Shown here piece after piece: positions 1 through 13,118 of a stretch of DNA of 64,000 bases (position 1 is its first letter; every line of letters starts with the position of its first letter). The stretch comes from Chiloscyllium plagiosum (Eukaryota). Below the pieces are notes generated by a model. That model was not told the origin of the DNA and ran no database searches. It worked only from the letters and a program-made list of their open reading frames with translations. Location of the stretch: the NCBI RefSeq assembly GCF_004010195.1, contig NC_057735.1:52216018-52280017 (forward strand), written 5' to 3'. The translations under genes and the position numbers were made by a program.

Positions 1-525
1 CCACACCCAAGACACACACACACTCCCACACTCACGCATGCACCCCCTCACGGACTTAGAGACTCTACGTTCACATATACACACATGTACACTCTTTCTC
101 ACACTTACAACCCCCTACTCCAGACAGCCAGACACACACCACACACACACACAAAAACCCACATGCACACATTTGCACATGCATGCACATTTGTGGAGTG
201 ATTTGGAGTTGCAGAGTTACATTGTTCTTTGCTCAAAAACTACATGAATTCATGGAAGACCTGTTAACTCACTTTTTAGATTAGAATCAGTCTAAACATT
301 AGGGCACAGACAGAGAACACAGGGGGCTAACACCTTGAACATACTATCTGGCTAACACCAATTGTTACAGTTAACCTGAGAATGTAACTTAAAAAAAAAG
401 GTTTTATGATTTACACATGAAAGAAGTGAAACTATCATGATATTCGAACAGATGAAAGACTCAACAAACAATCAAGATATTTTTCAATGTATAATTTCAG
501 TTACATCATATTTTCAGTGTCATAT
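1..525. mobile_element. Penelope-like element 3' region with CA-rich tract
   Basis: Reverse-complement similarity to 43800-43900 and 44150-44250 (TTTGAACAAAA...ACAAATGTGCA block). Confidence 0.45.
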
Positions 526-597
526 TCAATGACGCAATTACAGAATTCATAAAACATATTCAGCTGCTTGACTTGTGAAAGGTTTGATTTTTCTCAC

Positions 598-1050
598 CAT
601 CACCAAAATGATGGCAGCCCTGTAGAAAATACTGAGGAAGAACAGAGTGATGAATGTGGAAGCAATTGCCCAGATGTTGCCATTATCATCGTCAAAATTT
701 CAATTCAAGTGGGCGGCACGGTGGCACAGTGGTTAGCACTGCTGCCTCGCAGCGCCAGAGACCCGGGTTCAATTCCCGCCTCAGGCGACTGACTGTGTGG
801 AGTTTGCACGTTCTCCCCGTGTCTGCGTGGGTTTCCTCCAGGTGCTCCGGTTTCCTCCCACAGTCACAAAGATGTTCAGGTTAGGTAAATTGGGCCATGC
901 TAAATTGCCCGTAGTGTTACATAAGGGGTAAATGTAGGGGTATGGGTGGCTTGCGCTTTGGCGGGGCGGGGCGGTGTGGACTTGTTGGGCCGAAGGGCCT
1001 GTTTCCACACTGAAAAGTAATCTAATCTAATCAAGTGCGATGTATTGAAT
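598..1050 (-). pseudogene. IgM transmembrane exon TM1, split by a SINE
   Basis: TTGTAG|DSIHRT [SINE 711-1030] *IE (shift) DDDNGNIWAIASTFITLFFLSIFYRAAIILVM|GTGAGA; CART-like TM motif. Confidence 0.88.
711..1030 (+). mobile_element. HE1-type tRNA-derived V-SINE
   Basis: A/B-box head GGCACGGTGGCACAGTGG...GGTTCAATTCC, V-domain, (TAATC)n tail; TSD TCAAGT(G) at 705 and 1031. Confidence 0.92.
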
Positions 1051-1096
1051 CTACAAATATAACACCGAGAGAACACATTTAGATGGTTTATTGATC

Positions 1097-1333
1097 CGTC
1101 ATGGATAACAAGCTGTACATGCAGAAGGTGGTGTTGTCGCTCTCCACCATCACCTCAGTATTCTTGCAACTGCAATTAACTGGGATTAATCGGTTTGTCA
1201 ATTTTTGTCCACATGACAAAGATCTCTTAGGGGGAGAAACCTCTCACTAAACACATGAGGGAGAGAAACCGCTGAGCGGAGAATTTTGTTGGTGGCATGA
1301 GGACAGGTACTGATGGATCCAGCGGATTTATCG
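1097..1333 (-). pseudogene. IgM CH4 exon, 5' half only, with stops and a frameshift
   Basis: PSVPVLMPP...SAQRFLSLMCLVRGFSP*EIFVMWT...(shift) KNTEVMVESDNTTFCMYSLLS, then homology stops. Confidence 0.88.
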
Positions 1334-1486
1334 CTGCAGAATATTTGAGACAAATCAATCAAATATAAATATTCAGAATTAATATTGCGACTTCACTACA
1401 CATTAAAATGTGTGATTTTTAATTTGGGAATTATTTACCTTCATTTTATTAAAAGCAACAGAATGGTGTCCATTCTATTCATTAAA

Positions 1487-1675
1487 CATAGAACATTAAA
1501 GTGCAGTACAGGCCCTTCGGCCCTCGATGTTGCGCCGCCCTGTCTTACTAATCTGAAGCCCATCCATCTACACTATTCCATTTACATCCATATGCCTGTC
1601 CAATGAAGACTTAAATGAACTTAAACTTGGCGAATCTACTACCATTGCAGGCAATGCATTCCATATCCTTACTGC
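1487..1675 (-). mobile_element. CR1-clade LINE 3' end
   Basis: Reverse complement of the 3620-3802 tail (VRIWNALP...FKSSLDRHM). Confidence 0.85.
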
Positions 1676-3802
1676 AGTAATGACTAGGGTAGGAATAGGT
1701 CCAGTCAAGGATAGTAGTGGGAAGTTGCGTGTGGAGGCTGAAGAGATTGGGGAGACACTGAATGAATACTTTTCGTCCATATTCAATCAGGAACAGGACA
1801 TTATTGTCAATGCGAGTACTGAGTCACAATTAAGTAGAATGGATGGCTTTGAGGTATGTAGAGAAGAGGTGTTGGAAATTCTGGAAAGGGTGAAAATAGA
1901 TAAGTCCCCTGGGCCTGATGGCATTTATCCTAGGATTCTCTGGGAAGCAAGGGAGGAGATTGCAGAGCCATTGGCCTTGATTTTTATGTCCTCGTTGTCT
2001 ACAGGAATAGTGCCAGAAGACTGGAGGATAGCAAATGTGGTTCCCTTGTTCAAGAAGGGGAGTAGGGATAACCCTAGTAACTATAGGCCGGTGAGTCTCA
2101 CTTCTGTTGTGGGCAAAATCTTAGAGAGAATCGTAAGGGATAGGATTTATGAACATCTGGATAGGAATAATGTGACCAAGGATAGTCAGCATGGTTTTGT
2201 GAAGGGCAGGTCGTGCCTCACAAACCTTATTGAATCCTTTGANNNNNNNNNNNNNNNNNNNNNNNNNNNNNNNNNNNNNNNNNNNNNNNNNNNNNNNNNN
2301 NNNNNNNNNNNNNNNNNNNNNNNNNNNNNNNNNNNNNNNNNNNNNNNNNNNNNNNNNNNNNNNNNNNNNNNNNNNNNNNNNNNNNNNNNNNNNNNNNNNN
2401 NNNNNNNNNNNNNNNNNNNNNNNNNNNNNNNNNNNNNNNNNNNNNNNNNNNNNNNNNNNNNNNNNNNNNNNNNNNNNNNNNNNNNNNNNNNNNNNNNNNN
2501 NNNNNNNNNNNNNNNNNNNNNNNNNNNNNNNNNNNNNNNNNNNNNNNNNNNNNNNNNNNNNNNNNNNNNNNNNNNNNNNNNNNNNNNNNNNNNNNNNNNN
2601 NNNNNNNNNNNNNNNNNNNNNNNNNNNNNNNNNNNNNNNNNNNNNNNNNNNNNNNNNNNNNNNNNNNNNNNNNNNNNNNNNNNNNNNNNNNNNNNNNNNN
2701 NNNNNNNNNNNNNNNNNNNNNNNNNNNNNNNNNNNNNNNNNNNNNNNNNNNNNNNNNNNNNNNNNNNNNNNNNNNNNNNNNNNNNNNNNNNNNNNNNNNN
2801 NNNNNNNNNNNNNNNNNNNNNNNNNNNNNNNNNNNNNNNNNNNNNNNNNNNNNNNNNNNNNNNNNNNNNNNNNNNNNNNNNNNNNNNNNNNNNNNNNNNN
2901 NNNNNNNNNNNNNNNNNNNNNNNNNNNNNNNNNNNNNNNNNNNNNNNNNNNNNNNNNNNNNNNNNNNNNNNNNNNNNNNNNNNNNNNNNNNNNNNNNNNN
3001 NNAGAAAGGTGGCAAATGGTGTTCAATGTAGGTAGGTGTGAGGTGATTCACTTTGGTAAGAGTAATAAAAAGATGGGGTACTGGGCTAACTGTCGGATAC
3101 TTGGTAGTGTGGATGAGCAGAGGGATCTTGGTGTCCATGTACATAGATCTCTGAAAGTTGCCACCCAGGTAAATAGTGCGGTGAAGAAGGCATATGGCGT
3201 ACTGGCTTTTATTGGTAGAGGAATTGAGTTCTGGAGTACTGAGGTCATGTTGCAGTTGTATAAGACTCTGGTGCGGCCGCATCTGGAGTATTGTGTGCAG
3301 TTTTGGTCGCCATACTATAGGAAGGATGTGGAGGGACTGGAACGGGTGCAGAGGAGGTTTACCAGGATGTTGCCTGGTATGGTAGAAAGATCGTATGAGG
3401 AAAGGCTGAGGCACTTGGGGTTGTTTTCATTGGAGAAAAGAAGGTTTAGGGGTGACTTGATAGAGGTGTACAAGATGATTAGGGGTTTAGATAGGGTTGA
3501 CCGTGAGAACCTTTTTCCACGTATGGAGTCAGCTATTACGAGGGGGCTAGCTTTAAATTAAGGGGGTGGTAGGTATAGGACAGATGTTAGGGGTAGGTTC
3601 TTTACTCAGCGAGTCGTGAGTTCATGGAATGCCCTGCCAGTAGCAGTGGTGGGTTCTCCCTCATTATGGGCATTTAAGCGGGCATTGGATAGGCATATGG
3701 AGGATAGTGGGCTAGTGTAGGTTAGGTGGGCTTGGATAGGCGCAACATCGAGGGCCGAAGGGCCTGTACTGCGCTGTATTCTTCTATGTTCTATGTTCTA
3801 TG
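1676..3802 (+). mobile_element. CR1-clade LINE ORF2 (RT) fragment with 3' tail, spans a gap
   Basis: KSPGPDGIYPRIL, NYRPVSLTS, QHGFVKGRSCLTNL, RPHLEYCVQFWSP; (GTTCTAT)n tail. Confidence 0.93.
2243..3002. other. Assembly gap
   Basis: N run. Confidence 1.
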
Positions 3803-5160
3803 CACTTTGAGTAAAGAAATACCTCTGACATTTGTCTTGTACCTCTCTCCCCTACTTTAAAGCTGTGTCCACTCACGTTTGCCTTCCCCATGCACTTCCC
3901 CTGTCCACCCATGTAACCCTCTGATTAACTTGTACGTCTCTATTAATTCACCTCTCAACCTTCTTCTCTCGAGTGAGAACAACCTCAAGGTCCGCAGCCT
4001 TTCCTCGTAAGACATTCCCTCCATACCAGGCAACATCCTAGTAAATCTCCTCTGCAGCCTCTCCAAAGCTTCCACATCCTTCTTATAATGCGGTGACCAG
4101 AACTGTATACAATACTGAAAGTGTGGCCGCACCAGAGCTTTGTACAGCTGCAGCATAAGCTCCTGGTTCCGGAACTCAATCCCTGTATTAATAAAGGCCA
4201 AAACACTGTATGCCTTCTTAACAACCCTGTCAATCTGGGTGGCAACTTTCAGGGATCTGTGTACATGGACACTGAGATCCCTCTGCTCATCCGCACTCCC
4301 TAGAATCATACCATTAGCCCAGTACTCTGCATTCTGATTACTCCATTCAAAGTGTATCACCTCACACTTGTCCACATTCAATTCCATTTGCCACCTCTCA
4401 GCCCAGCTCCAACCTACTACATCCTTCATCACTATCCACAACTCCACCTACCTTAGTGTCGTCCACAAATTTGCTAACCCATCCTTCTATGCCCTCATCC
4501 AGGTCATTTATAAAAATGACGAACAGCAGTGGGCCTAACACTGTCCCTTGTGGTATGCTACTAGTAACTGGACACCAAAATGAACATGTTCCATCAACTA
4601 CAACCCTCTGTTTTCTTTCAGTAAGCCAATTACTTATCCAAACTGCTATGTCTCCCACAATCTCATTCCTCTGCATTTTGTATAATAGCCTACTGTGGGG
4701 AACCTTATCGAACGCTTTGCTGAAATCCATATACACAACATCAACTGGTTTACTCTCATCTACCTGTTTGGTCACTTTGTCAAAAAATCAATAAGATTCG
4801 TTAGGCACGACCTACCCTTCACAAAACCGTGCTGACTTTCCAGATGGTTGTAAATCCTATCTCTTATAATCTTTTCCAACACTTTACCAACAACTGAAGT
4901 GAGACTGACTGGCCTGTAATTACCAGCATTTTCTCTACTACCATTTTTGAACAGGGGAACCACATTTGTTATCCTCCAGTCCTCAGGCACTATTCCTGTA
5001 GACAATGATGATTTGAAGATCAATGTCAAAAGTTTCACAATCTCTTCCCTTGCTTCCCAGAGGATCCTAGGATAGATCCCATCTGGCCCAGGGGACTTGT
5101 CTATCTTCACATTCTGTAATAATTCCAATACTTCTTCCCTATGAACCTCAATCTCTTGAA
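3803..5160 (-). mobile_element. CR1-clade LINE ORF2 fragment
   Basis: YMDFSKAFDKVPH, PQGTVLGPLLF, FVDDTK motifs with frameshifts. Confidence 0.92.
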
Positions 5161-5477
5161 ATTCTTGAAAAAAAGTAGTAAAGTGTTTAATTTGGAAGTG
5201 GGCTCCATATTTCCAGCCCGCAACTCGGACATTCTGTAGATTTGTCATTGCTGATGGTTAAGTCACAAACCAGACTTCTTTCCACCTTATCTGACTTAAT
5301 CAGAATAGAATATCTTTTGCTCTGTCTTTTTCTTAATCAACTACTTAGCTCTCCTGCCATCTGATGCATCATTAATACTCCCAACGCTGTTTGCTCATTA
5401 CCAACATAATCATATCATTGATGTACCTTGGTCTAAATTATACATGGCATACTTTGCGCTTTAATCTCACCGCTCAC

Positions 5478-5788
5478 CTTTCTCCTTGTGGATGGAGTGT
5501 CTCAAAGGAGTCGATATAAATACTGATGGTTCACCACACATTCAAAATTAACACCACTCAGCCAGGTTTCAGTAGAAATGTTTAATTTGCTGATCACGCT
5601 GTCGGGATTCTCTCCAGGCTGGTCATGAATCTCCAGTTTCAGAGCCTTCTTTTCTTGTATCCAGGTGACATTGACTCCAAAAGGAAGATTGCACACAACG
5701 CAGGTTAACGTCACCATTGCCTCCAGTAAGACCTGTTGTATTGGCGGTTGGAGGATTTTAACTGTGCAATCATGGCACTCGCTATATC
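5478..5788 (-). pseudogene. IgM CH3 exon with frameshift
   Basis: [22 protein letters not shown]...[10 protein letters not shown], then a 2-nt insertion near 5514 shifts [12 protein letters not shown]|GTGAGC. Confidence 0.9.
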
Positions 5789-6658
5789 CTATGAAACAGA
5801 ATTCTTGTTTAGGATCAAATCTCACAGTCTTCAGACTATTTTCTCAGAAAGTGAAGAAACCACCTTTCTAATGGCAACTTACAGCTATTACTGAAATGGT
5901 GTTTATTATTGTTTGCATATTTTGATTTGTGAAAACATTCGTGATTACTTATAACATACCCTGTGTAATTATTTCTAAGATTTGCTTTGTAACAAGTGAA
6001 ACTTGTGAAAAAAGTCAAAATCAAAGAAACCATGATGAAACCCATGTAATTACCTTTCTTTCAGAGTTCTTCTCTCACTAAACACCATCTATTGATACTT
6101 GAGATGAGTAATCTGAATATAAAGACTTCATTTCTATGTTCATGTTCCTTACATGCAAATGCTCGGTGCGAAATCACATCCCGAATTTTGGGGAAACTGA
6201 TCAATCATAATTGTTCTTTGTCCTCCTGAATTTGAGGCTTTTCAACAAAAAGTGTAACACGAGATTTGAATGGCCACGGAAATTCTGTCTTATATGTTTA
6301 ACGTGATCGAAAATAATTTGCATTGTTGGTGTGAGATTGTTCATTAAAATATGTCATTAAATATTATTCATGTGTCGGATTTGGAATAGATCTGAAAACA
6401 AGACACTGAGTAAACATTGGAGATAGCGTAGGGCACCAATCATTCGGTTAGTTCATGACTGGTCTCCACTTTCACTTTTTATATTTTTTCATAGAATAAA
6501 AAAGGAACGTCTGAAATTAGTCTACAAACTCGATGGAAATTTCCTTAGCGTTATTCAGACTACCACTACTCACTGTATGAACATCCCCATCCTGAAACCA
6601 GGCTGAAATAACCTGGGTGCAGTCTCTAGTTCATTCATCCCTATTGTAGCAATCCCAC

Positions 6659-6959
6659 CAGAATTTATTCTCCTGACTTTGAATGCTCTCTCCATGAGTG
6701 ACCTGGCAGGTATAGACTGCGTTGTTGGACCATTCACCATAACCGACTGTCAGCCGACTCGTCACCGAGAAGTTGTCGTTCGCCTCACACACAGGAGACG
6801 TGAAGAAGCCAGAATCCATGGACTGGCCATTTTTTAACCAACTTATGGAGATTGACTTCGGATGGAAATTGATGATGGAACAGAGGACGTTTGCAAATTT
6901 GGTGCTTGCAATTTCTTCACTGGTACTCACAGTTAGGTGAAGATTAGGATGGAGAATAC
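6659..6959 (-). pseudogene. IgM CH2 exon
   Basis: [16 protein letters not shown]...[22 protein letters not shown]...FSVTSRL...YTCQVTH. The 3' donor position is uncertain; the candidate GTGGGA is out of phase. Confidence 0.87.
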
Positions 6960-7119
6960 CTGATGGAAAATCATTATATACATTGTCTATCAAATTTGAT
7001 AGCAAATGCAACCAGGTCTTAATATTAATGTTTATTATCGTTAATAGATACCAACCTCGATATTGCAAAAATCATAATTGTTCCGAGTTCTATAGAAGCT
7101 GTGATCTGTACAGAAAGAT

Positions 7120-10100
7120 TAGTAGAACGACGTGAAGGGCCAAAATTAAAGGGCACAGCAAGGAAGTCAATAAGGTATAGAAATTGTCGGCCATTTAATT
7201 CAGCAAGGAGGTAGCGGTGGTGGATGGCATTCGTTTTAATGAAAGGAGTCTGACGAGCAAACCAAAATGAACTAAAGGCATAAATGAGTCATTGGTGCAA
7301 TTGATATCATGGAGGCATTTTGAAAGAGGGACAAGAGTGGCAGTTTAATGTTCCAGGGTATAGTGTCTTCAAGAAAAGATGTAAAAGGGTGGGGGAGGGG
7401 GCGGTGTAGAAAATGTCTGCTCCATCAATTCTGACAACAGTATTTTCAGCTGTAAAGAGAAATGAAATCATGGATACCTCCACAAATGAAGGCAAATGGA
7501 CAGTACATCAAAACCAAACTAAAGCAAACATAACTTCTGTGAGAGCAGTACAGACCTCACTATAGGTCCAAAAGATGGAGAAGTGCAGATACACGGGCTA
7601 ATTTCAGAGAAGTGTAAATTAAATTGGGGGAATGATAAAAGAGCATTTACCTCACTCAATGTAAGCTTGGGCATTCATCGTGTCAAAAGTTTAATGGCAG
7701 CAGAATTCTGAAAATGACCCCAGGAGAACATTTTAATAAAGTATGTGTTTAACCCAGACCTTGCAAAAGAGGGTCGAAGCTGGGCTTAACTTTAGGTAAT
7801 GAAATCGACCTAGTGGCTAAAACATCAATGGTGGAGCACTTTGCAGACAGCAATCAAATCTGGTGGATTCCAGATTGTTCTGGAATGAGATAGGAATGGG
7901 CCTTAACCAAAGTTATGAAGTGGGGTAAGGACAGTTTTAATAAGATCAAGTGATGATTTGACCAGAGTGGATTGAAAGCGGACACTTATTGTTAAGTTTG
8001 AGCCAAAGCAGTAGGACATATTTAAGAAAGAATCAACAAAAGCACAGGGGTGACTGCTCCCATAAAGCCAGTGTGGGACCAAGTATGCAGCAAACCCTGG
8101 ATATCAAAGGACATGGAGGGTGAGATAAAGAGGAACAAGGGAGGCTTATGGTATCTATTGAAGTCTCAAAAGAATAGAAACTCTCATGGAGTACAGAACG
8201 TGCAAGAGGGAGTTTCAGAGAACGAGAAAAGGACTATGAAAATTAATGAAAGTCAAAATAAAGGAAATTATAAAAAAGTTACAAGTTCATTCATAATAAA
8301 AGGATAATGCAGGAAACTGTAATGCCCTTTAAGTTCTACAGTGTTATAATTGGTGTGGAGTCAGAAAATTAGGTTGCATTCGAGAACGCAGAGGCTGAGG
8401 GGTGACCTTATAGAGGTTGACATAATTATGAGGGGCATGGATAGGGTAAATAGGCAAAGTCTTTTCTCTGGGATCGGGGAGTCCAGAACTATAGGGCATA
8501 GGTTTAGGGAGAGAGGGGAAGATATAAAAGAGATATTTGGATGGGTACATGCATAGGAAGGGTTTGGAGGGATATGGGCTGAGTGCTGTAGGTTGGACTA
8601 GATTTGGTTTGGATAGCTGGTCGGCATGGACGAGTTGGACCGAATGGTCTGTTTCCATTCTGCACATCTATATGACTCTATGAATGCATTGTATCAGTAT
8701 TCACTGGTAAGAGAGGCAATATGGGTATAGAAAAAATGGAGAAGTGTTGTGATGTACTTTCAGAAATTAGGGTAGATGATGTGATGTTCTGTGTTGCCTC
8801 ACTGGATGAAAAGCAGTTAGATTTCCATGTCAAATAAAATGTATACCATGCCGATGAGCGATACAAAGGATGAAATATTTGGATCACTGGCAATAATTTA
8901 GAATCCCTGTCTGACCACAGAGGTTGTGCAATGAGTGTAGATCAGCCAACGTGGTAGCGATACAGAGGAAGGGATAAACAATCAAACCACAGGCTTGTCA
9001 AGCTCGGTTCAATAGTAGGGAAATTATTGGAACTATTGAGAAGTGTAATTAAGCTTTATTGGGAAAATCAATCAACAATTCTCAGCATGGTTTTATTGAG
9101 GGAACGTCATGTCTAAACAATTTAAAAGGTAGTTTTTAAAGAGATAAGTTGATGTCCAGATGATAGCAAAGATCAGAGCCAATGGGATCAGAGTTAATTT
9201 GTCAAATTGGATCCAGAACTGGCTTAGTAGCAGGGAGCAGAGGATAATGGTTGTAGGATGTTGGTGTAACTGGAAATCTGTGTCTAGTGGTGTTCTGCAG
9301 GGATCAGTGTTGATTTCCTTACTATTTCTTTAGCATATAAAATAACTTAGACTGGAATGTAGGAAGGTTGACCAGTAAGTTCGCAGATGAAACAAAAATT
9401 GGTTGGCCATATGAGGTGAGAAGTTGCAAATGGAAATCATTTTTATGCAGAAGAATCTATGAGATATTACATTTTGATTGGTGGAACCCTAGAAAAGACT
9501 GAAGACCTTTGGTGTACATACCCACTGATCCCTTTTAGTACTGTAGCAGGTATGAAGGATATTTGCTTTTATTAGCTGAAACATTGACATTAAGAGTAGG
9601 GAGAGGATACTGGAACTTAATTAATGCTTGTTAGGCCATACTGAAACATTGCATGCACTGTACCAATGCATGCTATCAAAGGAATGTGATTATACTGAAG
9701 GCAGCATTGATCAGATTTGCCAGGATTTTGCCTAGGTTGGAGGGTTTTAGTTATGAAATGAGCTAGACAGACTGGGGTTTGCCTTGGAGCAGAGGAGAAT
9801 GAGAGAGAAGATGATTGTGATATCTGGAATTATGGCAGCCATAGACAGGGTAAAAAGGATGAAACCTTTCCCCCTGATGGAGGGATAAATGCCTCAGGGT
9901 TAAGGTGAAGCCAGGAGGATGTCAGGGGAAAACAAAATCAAACAGAATGGTTAGAATCTGGAGCTCATGTCTGTAAGTCATGTAGAGGCCAAGCCCCTCA
10001 TAATGTGTATGAAGTATTTTAGATGCATATTTGCAATTGCAAGTCACACAAGGCAGTCGATAAAATGCTGGCACATTAGACTGCAATATTTAGATAGCTG

Positions 10101-10160
10101 ATATTGACTGGACTGAAAGGGCTGAAGGACCTTTACTGTGCCGTATACATCTATGACTCT
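7120..10160 (+). mobile_element. Old degenerate CR1 LINE with a nested younger CR1 3' fragment (about 8381-8681)
   Basis: Decayed endonuclease-to-RT motifs (CAGCATGGTTTT, CAGGGATCAGTG, GCAGATGA) ending in a CTATGACTCT tail. Confidence 0.7.
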
Positions 10161-10235
10161 GAAATGTGTTATAAATAATACCTTATTCATATTAATCGCA
10201 GATGTTCTGTTTATCTCAGTTCCCACAACACTTAC

Positions 10236-10534
10236 ATAGCATTCTGTGCTCTGCTAGGACCCGCTGTGTTGAACCTCACAGTAGATTTTGTTACAATCTA
10301 TCTCTGACTCAGGCAGGGTAAACTGGCTGCTCAAGGTGTAAGTTCCCTTCTGGTTTCTCACTGATGGGTATGTCTTCAATCCAGCCGTGATTGGTTGCCC
10401 ATGTTTCTTCCAGGTCACATTGGTGACGTCAGGGAAATAGTCCATCGTCAAACAACCAAAGACCGCCGAACCGTTGGTGTTGTGTTTCTGACAGGAGGAG
10501 ACTAGGCCATAAAGTGTGGGGGTAGACGGCGTCT
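10236..10534 (-). pseudogene. IgM CH1 exon with nonsense codon
   Basis: [15 protein letters not shown]...[19 protein letters not shown]...YTLSSQ...YCEVQHSGS*; TAG at 10254-10256; flanked by AG and GTAAG. Confidence 0.9.
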
Positions 10535-11826
10535 CTAGGGTAGAATGATCAATTGAGCAAGTTAGATTATGTTAATTCAACCTTAACAGTTAATCAAATG
10601 TATCCTCAGCGGTAAATGTATGCCTGTATATTTCCTGCTAAAATTTACAATGTAACTTGAGTATATTTTTATTTTCTATCAGTTGTTGATCATGATCTAT
10701 TGGTTCCCTCTTAAGAAACATGCCCTCTCCCTTGACAATTGCCATGCAATTTAGGAATAAGAATGTCCTGATCCCACCCCCAGTAACTGTTTGAAAATCT
10801 TGCCGTTTTACACTTTCATTGGATTGCAAGTGAAGAGCAGAGAAGTTTCACGAAATGTGGATGTTGGAAATCAAAAACAAAAACAGAAAATGCTGGAAAA
10901 ACCCATCATCTGAGGACAGAGATCAGAGTGAACGTTTCAGGTCTAGTGAGCCTTCCTCAAATTATCAATGTAAGTCTGATTGTTCCTTTGGAAAGAAGGT
11001 CACTGGCAGCAGCACAATCAGGAACTGAGCACTGGGAGTGGAATGATATCTATCACAGTTAATTTCATGCTAATTGCCTGAAAGTTGAAACTTTAACAAT
11101 TATCTCAATTCTGGAGACCAAGGTAAATTGATGTTCCTCCATTGAGGTTCAGAGACTTGAGTGTTACAGCTAACTAAACTGAACATTTACATGGATATGA
11201 TTTGAAAAAATTACAAGTACTCTTTAACTTCAATAACTATCAAACTGACATTGGCAGTTCACTGCTAAAACTCTAATATCTTAGACTAACCACCACATTC
11301 ACTCTCAATCTCGACCACAATTTCCACTCGCATTGACAAATCCAACCCAGTACAGCCCATTCACCCTGGAACACACAACCCCGATCACAAGAGAGTAACA
11401 CATTCCAAGACAATTTGTATTCCGGATGGACATGTGAACTACATTCCCCTCACTTAATTCCACTCCTGTCACCCTGCACCTGGTCCATAGTAAATCTGGC
11501 ACAATCATTTTCACAACGTATGACAGGACCCGTCTTCCCCAGATCACCTTAGCCCTTGATCACTGATCTCTCATCTTCCCCAAGTCAATCTGTGCACATT
11601 GCATCAAAGCTCCCTTCCATCTGTCCGTTACTACCTGCCACTTTGCCAGACTGCAAGCTTTGCATTTTGACATCATGACCACTGTGACTTCATTACAGTG
11701 ACCTTCTATCCCTTTACTCCCCCGGCACCCTGCTCACCTCTCAACTCACCATCTTGGCACAGATAGAACTCCTGCATGACTGCTCAAAACTACTCCAAAC
11801 CAACTAAGCACAACTCAACCAACTTA

Positions 11827-12143
11827 GATTTTTAGATTAGATTACAGTACAGTGTGGAAACAGGACCTTCGGCTCAACAAGTCCACACCGACCTGCCAAA
11901 GCACTACCCACCCATACCCCTACATTTACCCCTTACCTAACACTACGGGCAATTTAGCATGGCCAATTCACCTGACCTGCACATCTTTGGACTGTGGGAG
12001 GAAACCGGAGCACCCGGAGGAAACCCGCGCAGACACAGGGAGAACGTGCAAACTCCACACAGTCAGTCGCCTGAGGCGGGAATTGAACCCGGGTCTCAGG
12101 TGCTGTGAGGCAGCAGTGGCACAACTGTGCCACCGTGCCGCCC
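11827..12143 (-). mobile_element. HE1-type V-SINE
   Basis: Full reverse complement of the 711-1030 element. Confidence 0.92.
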
Positions 12144-12309
12144 ACTTATTTCCTTGTGACCATTATCATTTGCCTTGATGCCACCCTGTCAGACTAGATG
12201 CATGCCAGCTTACCCAGCAGCCACCCAACACCTCGCAGCCTGCCAGCTCAAACTCTACCACATTCCCACTCTATCCCGCATTAGCTCACCACCTTCCAAC
12301 TTCGAGCTG

Positions 12310-12890
12310 ACAGAGTCACAGAGTCAAAGTCATGCAGCACAGAAACAGGGCTTTCAGTGCAGCTTGTCTATGCTGACCAGGATTCACAAATTAAACTTAC
12401 GCCATTTGTCTGCATTTAGCCTATATCCACCCAGATCTATCCAGTTGGTCTACCTGTCCAAGTGTCAACAAAATGTTCTAACTGTATCTGCATTTAACCA
12501 TTCCTCTGGCAGTTCATTCCAATATCAGGTACAGCTGCAACATGAAGCCCCAACCCCTATACTCGATGCTCTTAGCAAAGAAGACATGCATGTCAAACAC
12601 CTTCTTCAACACGCTAGCTACTTGAGACACCACTTTCGAGAATCTAAGTATCTAAAACCACAGGTGCCTTTGTCCGACAACACTACCCAGTGCCCTACCG
12701 TTAACTGTAAATTGTGACAAGATTTTTCTTCCCAAAATGCAATGTCATATTCAGTTAAATTAAACTCCATCTGCCACTCCTCAGCCCAATGGCCTAGCTG
12801 ATCGAGATCTCATTGTACTTTCAGATAACATTCTTCACTGTCAACTATGACACCAATTTTGGTGTCATGTGCAAACTGACCAACCATGTT
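12310..12890 (-). mobile_element. CR1 LINE 3' fragment
   Basis: AGAGTCA tail and reverse KWQMEFN-type motif (AACTCCATCTGCCAC). Confidence 0.7.
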
Positions 12891-13118
12891 CCATTCAGTG
12901 GTTTCATGGTTTTCAACCAATATTGTACCCTGTTCACATTTTCCCCAATACCCATTTTTTAAAGGTTGAGGGAAACATCTCCTTCTTGAACGGATTTAAT
13001 ATTTTGACTGCAATCACTCTCTGTGAGAGAGAAATCCAAACAATGAACCGTAAACAGAATGGTTCAATTTTAACAGGTGTTGGAAAAGAGCAGCAAGATT
13101 CATGATGATCTCATGAAT

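Noticed and set aside
711-790. tRNA gene
   Set aside because: It is the tRNA-derived head of a SINE, followed by the V-domain and tail.
2121-3561. Long ORFs spanning N runs (also 41324-42478 and 48964-49985)
   Set aside because: Artifacts of assembly gaps.
6055-6287. Possible vestigial extra C exon between CH2 and CH3, containing the octamer ATGCAAAT at 6153
   Set aside because: No Cys/Trp Ig framework, weak acceptor and internal stops. A single octamer is expected by chance.
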